From: Tetramitus jugosus
Lineage: Eukaryota; Protista; Heterolobosea
Direction: 5' to 3'
Length of the DNA: 64,000 bases
NCBI GenBank assembly: GCA_937625935.1
Contig: OW569376.1
Location: forward strand, 124,001-188,000
Below the pieces are notes generated by a model. That model did no database searches, had not been told where the DNA came from, and saw only the letters and a program-made list of their open reading frames with translations. The translations under genes were made by a program, and so were the position numbers. Below are positions 58,411 to 64,000 of the stretch, one piece after another. Within the stretch, counting starts at the first letter, position 1, and each line of letters starts with the position of its first letter.

Positions 58411-61400
58411 ATGAATTATTGGACTCTTTTGATCACAATACTCTTCTTTTGCTCACTCTTACTTGTGCGGCCATTTTTCGCACAAGTATCACCAACAACA
58501 CCAACCACATTCATCCATAAAAACGACAATTTTCATGATGAACAAGAGAACAATGTGATCAATGCGGTTCAACCTTTATCTTTTTTGAAGAGAACACCAA
58601 TCAATGACTCGTCTTCTTCTTCTCACACATGGAATAATGATCATCATCAACAACAACAACAACAACAAGAAGAAGAAGAAGAAGATTATCTAGTCATGTT
58701 TCATCACTATTATCAATCATCGATACACTTTCATATTCTGTATCAAATCGTCACTGATCACTACTATTCTGTTCCTCATGATGTTAAGAATGATGATCAA
58801 AGTGAATCATTATTATCATTGCAAAAGACATGGATTGAATCATGTGTGAGTGTGATACAGCGTGATAATACAGCGACTCGAATGTTTCCCTCTGATTTTG
58901 TGCTGTTGCACTTTTCTAATGATACTCTCATGATGACTCAACAGTCATCATCATCTTCATCTTCTTTGTCATTTACATCAACGACTCGTCGACGAGCAAT
59001 GAGAGATTGCAATCAAGTGAAACAATGGTTTTTGAGTGCACTACTCCTTGATGAGCAACAGAAAAAAAAGAATGGACGAATTAAGCGAGTTGTGCCCAAT
59101 AGGAAACTGATTCAAAGAGTATTATTGAATCAGAGTCAAAAACAGCAGTGTACAAACATTCAAAGCAGTAATATAGTGAAGAGCAATACAAGTCAATCTT
59201 CTTTGATCCATCATAACAATAAGAAGAATAAGAATAAGAAGAAGCATGTGGGAAGAGTGACGACGAATTGGGATGCCGTTGGCCAACGAAAGCTATCTCA
59301 GGATGGCCCTGCGACAAGGCAAGAAAATGGGTTGGACACGAATCAGAATGCGAATAATAATAATAATAATCATAATAATGAAGAGGAAGAAGAGACGAAT
59401 GATGAGATGAATGGTGGTGATCAAGTGGACGATAAGCGAAGAAGAAGTAGTAGCGACAATGTTCCATCATTGACAACACCTCGAGACTTGAAATCGACTC
59501 TGTCGGCCAATGAGATTTTTGATGCACAGAAATTATGGGACGAAGGAGTGACTGGTGCGGATATTCATGTGGCAGTGTTCGATACGGGCCTTTGTCCAAA
59601 CAGTCACGGGTTCAAGCACATTGAAGAACAAATCAATTACACGTATGAGGAAACACCGTATGACAGTCATGGACACGGAACATTTGTTGCGAGTGTTATT
59701 GCCGGTAGTTGCCAAGATGAGAACAAGTGCTGCACAAAGATGAAGGGATTGGCTCCTGATGCACACTTGCACATTTTTAAGGTGTTTACGCATGAGCAAG
59801 TGTCGTATACTTCGTGGTTTCTCGATGCATTCAACTATGCGCTGCAGAAGCGTATTGATATTTTGAATTTGAGTATTGGTGGTCCAGACTATATGGATGT
59901 GCCTTTTGTGGACAAGATTCGCGAGTTGGCAGCGCATAACATTATTGTCGTTTCCGCGATTGGTAACGATGGTCCATTGTATGGCACATTGAACAACCCA
60001 GCTGATTTGAGCTCCGTACTGGGCATTGGTGCTGTTGATCATGTGTCCATGCGAATCGCTCCCTTTTCGTCGAGAGGAACCACTCTCTATGAACTCAGCT
60101 TGGGAGGTTATGGAAGAATGAAACCTGATTTAGTTACATTTGGAGTGAGAGTTCTTGGACATAGCTGTCCTGATGGCATAGAGACGAAAGAAAACGGGCA
60201 GGGTGTAAACCGTTGCCAAAAATTATCTGGTACGAGTGTGGCATCGCCTGTAGCTACAGGCGTCGTAGCACTTTTGCTGAGTGCCTCTTACAAGCTTTCT
60301 CAATCATCCGAGGGAACGCCTAAGACGATATCTGAATTACAGAGAGAGAGTTTCATTAATCCCGCAAGCATCAAGCAAATTCTTGTACAGTCAGCTCAAA
60401 GAGTACCACATCATAATATGTTTGAACAGGGAGCAGGAAAGATTGATCTATTACGCGCCTATACACTCTTGCAACAAGAATTCAAAGCGCACTATGCGGA
60501 CAAACACCGAGATGTTCAATTAGATAAAAACGCAAAGGATAGAGAGGGAGTCGTCATTGTCGATGATGATTGGCCTCGAGCCTCATTGCTGCCTAGTAGT
60601 TTAGATTTCACCGAAACTACATACGCTTGGCCATTTAGTGCCCAGCCGCTTTATTATTCACAGATACCTGTGATCGTCAACATTACGATCTTGAATGGAA
60701 TGTCTCAATTTGGCGAGATTATTGATCCTCCAGAGTTTGTCCCCGATGATGAAACGAGTCAGTTACTCGATATCAAATTTACTTATTCAAAGCGAATGAG
60801 TGTTTGGACTGGATATTTAGCCCTACATATCACAGTCAAAGAGCCAGGGAGATTCTACTCTGGTATTGTGTCAGGAAAAGCAAAGCTTACAGTACGAGCA
60901 AGACTATTGGGCACAGATCTCGATATTGTGCGACAACAGACTATATTTCTTCCTGTTAAGGCAAATATTATCCCAACTCCAATGCGCTCGAGCAGAATTT
61001 TATGGGATCAATATCACCAACTCATCTACCCTACTGCGTCTTATGTTCCAAAAGATGATCTCTCAGAGTTTGTCGAGCCAGAAATGAATCATAATGTGGT
61101 AGATTGGAACGGAGATCATCCTCACACTAATTTTGTTCGAGTATTCAACACACTAATCAGAAAGGGTTATTATATTGAGGTATTGAACTCTGGAGATTGG
61201 ACAACATTTGATGCTCGAAACTATGGTACTTTATTGATTGTAGATATTGAAGATGAGATTATGGAGTCGGAAGCTCTAAAACTGGAGAACGATGTTCGCA
61301 AATTGGGATTGAATGTGGTGATATTTGCTGATTGGTACAATGAGCATGTGATTGGGAGACTTAAATTCTTGGATGACAATACGCAGTCAATTTGGATACC

Positions 61401-62232
61401 AATTACAGGAGGCAGCAATATTCCAGCACTTAATGGCTTCTTGCATCGCTTTGGTATCATGCTTGGTGACACTATTTTCACTGGTCCATTTTTCCTCCCA
61501 TCAAATCCCAGCTTGTCGAGCACGATGATGAGTGGTTCAAGTATTACTCGGTTTCCTCGAAATGGAGAACTGTTGTTTGCAAATGTAAGTAACGAAACAC
61601 CAAAGTTATTGTCAAGAGACAGAGAGCACAGGAAACTGCCCATGAGAGTTTACACAGTACCTATCCTTGGCCTCTATCAAGTTCCTCAACAGAAAGGTCA
61701 GAGTGCACAATCAAAAAGTGGAAAGATTGTTGTTTTTGGTGATTCGAACTGTATTGATACTGTAAGTAAGTTGCCACAGAATCAAATGTGTATCTGGTTG
61801 CTCGAAGACATCCTTTCGTATACAAATCTTGGGAAGAGAGCTGTCTGGATGGATCAAGATCTCGTTCAATTGTCTCAACAGGACTACATCTATTCCTTAG
61901 CAGGAGAAAAGACCATGGGCGGCTACACCAAACCCGTGCCAGAACGGATTGCAAACTCACCTCTTCCAAAGTATTCGAGACAACCTCTGTTGTCCAGTTC
62001 TTCACCAATCGCAACGTTTGACGTGAAGAATTGGCCAAATGATTCTTCACCCTTTTACATTGATGTTTGGGCAACTGATTCATTAGATGCACATTCATTT
62101 GGACGCACATCTCGCTCGAGAATTCTCTTTCCAGTGTCTGTTGTGTTTGTGCTCATGTTCATACTAATGTACATGAGTTTATCGAAAAGACGATATATGA
62201 TTCGACAGCATGTGAGACCTCATACGGTTTAA
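58411..62232 (+). CDS. MBTPS1: Site-1 protease (SKI-1/S1P, subtilase)
   Basis: VAVFDTG, HGHGTFVA, SYTSWFLDAFNYA, SGTSVASP, RILWDQYH, DWNGDHPHTNF; C-terminal TM helix. Confidence 0.93.
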   Translation: MNYWTLLITILFFCSLLLVRPFFAQVSPTTPTTFIHKNDNFHDEQENNVINAVQPLSFLKRTPINDSSSSSHTWNNDHHQQQQQQQEEEEEDYLVMFHHYYQSSIHFHILYQIVTDHYYSVPHDVKNDDQSESLLSLQKTWIESCVSVIQRDNTATRMFPSDFVLLHFSNDTLMMTQQSSSSSSSLSFTSTTRRRAMRDCNQVKQWFLSALLLDEQQKKKNGRIKRVVPNRKLIQRVLLNQSQKQQCTNIQSSNIVKSNTSQSSLIHHNNKKNKNKKKHVGRVTTNWDAVGQRKLSQDGPATRQENGLDTNQNANNNNNNHNNEEEEETNDEMNGGDQVDDKRRRSSSDNVPSLTTPRDLKSTLSANEIFDAQKLWDEGVTGADIHVAVFDTGLCPNSHGFKHIEEQINYTYEETPYDSHGHGTFVASVIAGSCQDENKCCTKMKGLAPDAHLHIFKVFTHEQVSYTSWFLDAFNYALQKRIDILNLSIGGPDYMDVPFVDKIRELAAHNIIVVSAIGNDGPLYGTLNNPADLSSVLGIGAVDHVSMRIAPFSSRGTTLYELSLGGYGRMKPDLVTFGVRVLGHSCPDGIETKENGQGVNRCQKLSGTSVASPVATGVVALLLSASYKLSQSSEGTPKTISELQRESFINPASIKQILVQSAQRVPHHNMFEQGAGKIDLLRAYTLLQQEFKAHYADKHRDVQLDKNAKDREGVVIVDDDWPRASLLPSSLDFTETTYAWPFSAQPLYYSQIPVIVNITILNGMSQFGEIIDPPEFVPDDETSQLLDIKFTYSKRMSVWTGYLALHITVKEPGRFYSGIVSGKAKLTVRARLLGTDLDIVRQQTIFLPVKANIIPTPMRSSRILWDQYHQLIYPTASYVPKDDLSEFVEPEMNHNVVDWNGDHPHTNFVRVFNTLIRKGYYIEVLNSGDWTTFDARNYGTLLIVDIEDEIMESEALKLENDVRKLGLNVVIFADWYNEHVIGRLKFLDDNTQSIWIPITGGSNIPALNGFLHRFGIMLGDTIFTGPFFLPSNPSLSSTMMSGSSITRFPRNGELLFANVSNETPKLLSRDREHRKLPMRVYTVPILGLYQVPQQKGQSAQSKSGKIVVFGDSNCIDTVSKLPQNQMCIWLLEDILSYTNLGKRAVWMDQDLVQLSQQDYIYSLAGEKTMGGYTKPVPERIANSPLPKYSRQPLLSSSSPIATFDVKNWPNDSSPFYIDVWATDSLDAHSFGRTSRSRILFPVSVVFVLMFILMYMSLSKRRYMIRQHVRPHTV

Positions 62233-62341
62233 GGTGGCGCAACTCCCACGAATATTTGGCCGAATTTTGTTGGTCTAGAATGCACAGAATGGTAACGGCC
62301 GATGACTCCCGCCAAATCACAAGTACAATAAAAACAAGGAG

Positions 62342-63298
62342 ATGAAGGACAGTTCGTGGCATTGGGAAACATCATATCTGAGAGCTGTTGAAAGTGCTCC
62401 TAGCTCAAGACAAAGTAACATATCCAAAAGATCTCAATTGAACACTATTGATATTGATGGAGCTCAACCACGTCCATTTTCCAAGGCAACAGAACTCTGT
62501 TTGCCTAATTTTCACTCAACATTGGATATCGAGGGAGGTCAACCACGCAAGTTAATTCCTACGGTCGTGAACAAACCAAATGATAGAAATTTGCGGAATG
62601 ACGATATTGAGCACAGTCGACCCTACGTGAACCGAATGATCACCAATCGAGTGGTTGATCCGTTGAATCCAGACTATATGCTTCCCTCCACATCGATTAG
62701 AGCTATAACACCACCGAGATTCTTGAGAGAGACGAATAGAGTTCAGGATATTAACAATGATCCTGATTACCCCACTCTGAAAAAGCCCTCTGAGTTCGCC
62801 ACAAGAAATCACATGGACTACAAAGATGCAGTAGGAACACAAACTGCTGTTGCGCGACTGAAGCCTAGACAATCCAAGCATTTTGGTCCATTAGAAGTAA
62901 CAGATATCAATAATGACAGAATATTTCGTACAAGGAGAGTTGGAAATCCTTTGTCACCAAGATATACCTACGATACTCCACAAGAGATGAATGAAAACCG
63001 CAGCCAAAGGAAGGAGAGTAATCATAACATTGGAGTGATTGCAGGTAATCATCCCAGGAAGTTGCCTCCTATGAGAAATGATCGACCGCTGCTATCGCTC
63101 AAGACTGACGATATAGAGAATATGAAGAGAACTGTGCTGCACTTTGTTCCTCCATCCTTCCCAGTCAACCGTCGGCAATATCGTCAAATCAACAATATTG
63201 ACGACATAGAGAAGGTCCATCCATCAAATAAGTTTACAACTTTTGCAAAGACAACACAACGAAGTACAAACCCTTTGAATCCAGTTTATAAATTTTAG
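62342..63298 (+). CDS. Uncharacterised protein with internal DI(E/D)G and (N/D)PLxPxY repeats
   Basis: Recurring 'DIDGAQPR/DIEGGQPR/DDIE' and 'DPLNPDY/NPLSPRY/NPLNPVY' motifs. Confidence 0.75.
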   Translation: MKDSSWHWETSYLRAVESAPSSRQSNISKRSQLNTIDIDGAQPRPFSKATELCLPNFHSTLDIEGGQPRKLIPTVVNKPNDRNLRNDDIEHSRPYVNRMITNRVVDPLNPDYMLPSTSIRAITPPRFLRETNRVQDINNDPDYPTLKKPSEFATRNHMDYKDAVGTQTAVARLKPRQSKHFGPLEVTDINNDRIFRTRRVGNPLSPRYTYDTPQEMNENRSQRKESNHNIGVIAGNHPRKLPPMRNDRPLLSLKTDDIENMKRTVLHFVPPSFPVNRRQYRQINNIDDIEKVHPSNKFTTFAKTTQRSTNPLNPVYKF

Positions 63299-63531
63299 TC
63301 CGAACCTCCCTAACGATTACTTGTTGGTGCGTCATTGAGACAATGGAACTATCCAACGGGCCGTTTGTCGGATGAGGTCTTTTTTTGGACGTTTGATTTC
63401 ATCGAATGAGTAGAATGAGCAGATCGGCCACTCACCCAAAACGACTCGGTTTTTACTGCGGTTGTTGATTTAACACCACCGACACAACGAACCACGCACT
63501 CACACAACTAAAGCAAGAACCTCAACTCACC

Positions 63532-64000
63532 ATGCAATTGTCTTCCCGCTCACTTAAACAAGTGATTCTCTTTAGTGTCATCTTCTTTAGCTTCTTAGTG
63601 GTCATTTATTGGGCGGTTGTGAACAAGAACAGCATTAGTGGTGATGATATCCAACATCCTGTAGAAACTCTCGTGGCAGACCGAGATGATGTCAATGCTA
63701 GAGCGATCGAAAATCAATATCGCGGCATTACAAAACAGGAATTCCTACAAGCCAGTCAACTTGCAAGAGATATTGAAAAAAAGTGTAGATCAAACATTGG
63801 ACAATCTGGTTGCGTCACGGAAGCTTGTCCTACTCTTCCATTTGGTTTCAATGCCAGACCAAAGGGTCACACTGAAGAGCTCGTTGGCAACAATTGTGAA
63901 CCATGGATGCGTCGTGATGTTGTCTTGTTGCTCAATCAATTGGTAAAGCCCTATTTTACAGTGTTGGAGTGGAGCTCGGGATCGAGCACCATTTGGACAC
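63532..64000 (+). CDS. Methyltransferase paralog of 4221-5088; 3' end outside window
   Basis: MQLSSRSLKQVILF... is open to the window end and includes CEPWMRRD and VLEWSSGSSTIWT. Confidence 0.85.
   Translation, partial: MQLSSRSLKQVILFSVIFFSFLVVIYWAVVNKNSISGDDIQHPVETLVADRDDVNARAIENQYRGITKQEFLQASQLARDIEKKCRSNIGQSGCVTEACPTLPFGFNARPKGHTEELVGNNCEPWMRRDVVLLLNQLVKPYFTVLEWSSGSSTIWT

Overview
Eukaryotic nuclear DNA from a gene-dense, intron-poor protist. The F-box/DUF4116, NHL and RCC1+EGF families and the GT-AG introns with CTAAC branch sites suggest a heterolobosean (Naegleria-like) organism; this is inference. The window has three zones. (1) 1-8.7 kb is a cluster of secretory-pathway glycan-tailoring genes: an RWA/Cas1-type O-acetyltransferase fused to an SGNH domain, two kinds of methyltransferase, a DxD glycosyltransferase, a thioredoxin/PDI-like protein and a GT31. 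It is partly re-duplicated at 39.9-42.8 kb, with more paralogs at 56.9 kb and 63.5 kb. (2) ~8.8-39.7 kb is an island of decayed mobile elements and pseudogenes: a LINE, stand-alone integrases, MULE, Harbinger-like, SWIM, helicase, RCC1/EGF, TPR, Schlafen, NHL and DUF4116 sequences. (3) 43-64 kb holds intact core genes: DUF1445, CHMP2, Kaptin, RPA1, PIG-T, Akirin and site-1 protease. The most striking observation is a 5'-truncated L1-like retrotransposon with a poly(A) tail and a 15-bp target-site duplication. It sits 40-54 bp upstream of an intact tRNA-Asp(GTC) gene with its 5' end facing the tRNA, the geometry known for the Dictyostelium TRE5 tRNA-gene-targeting elements.
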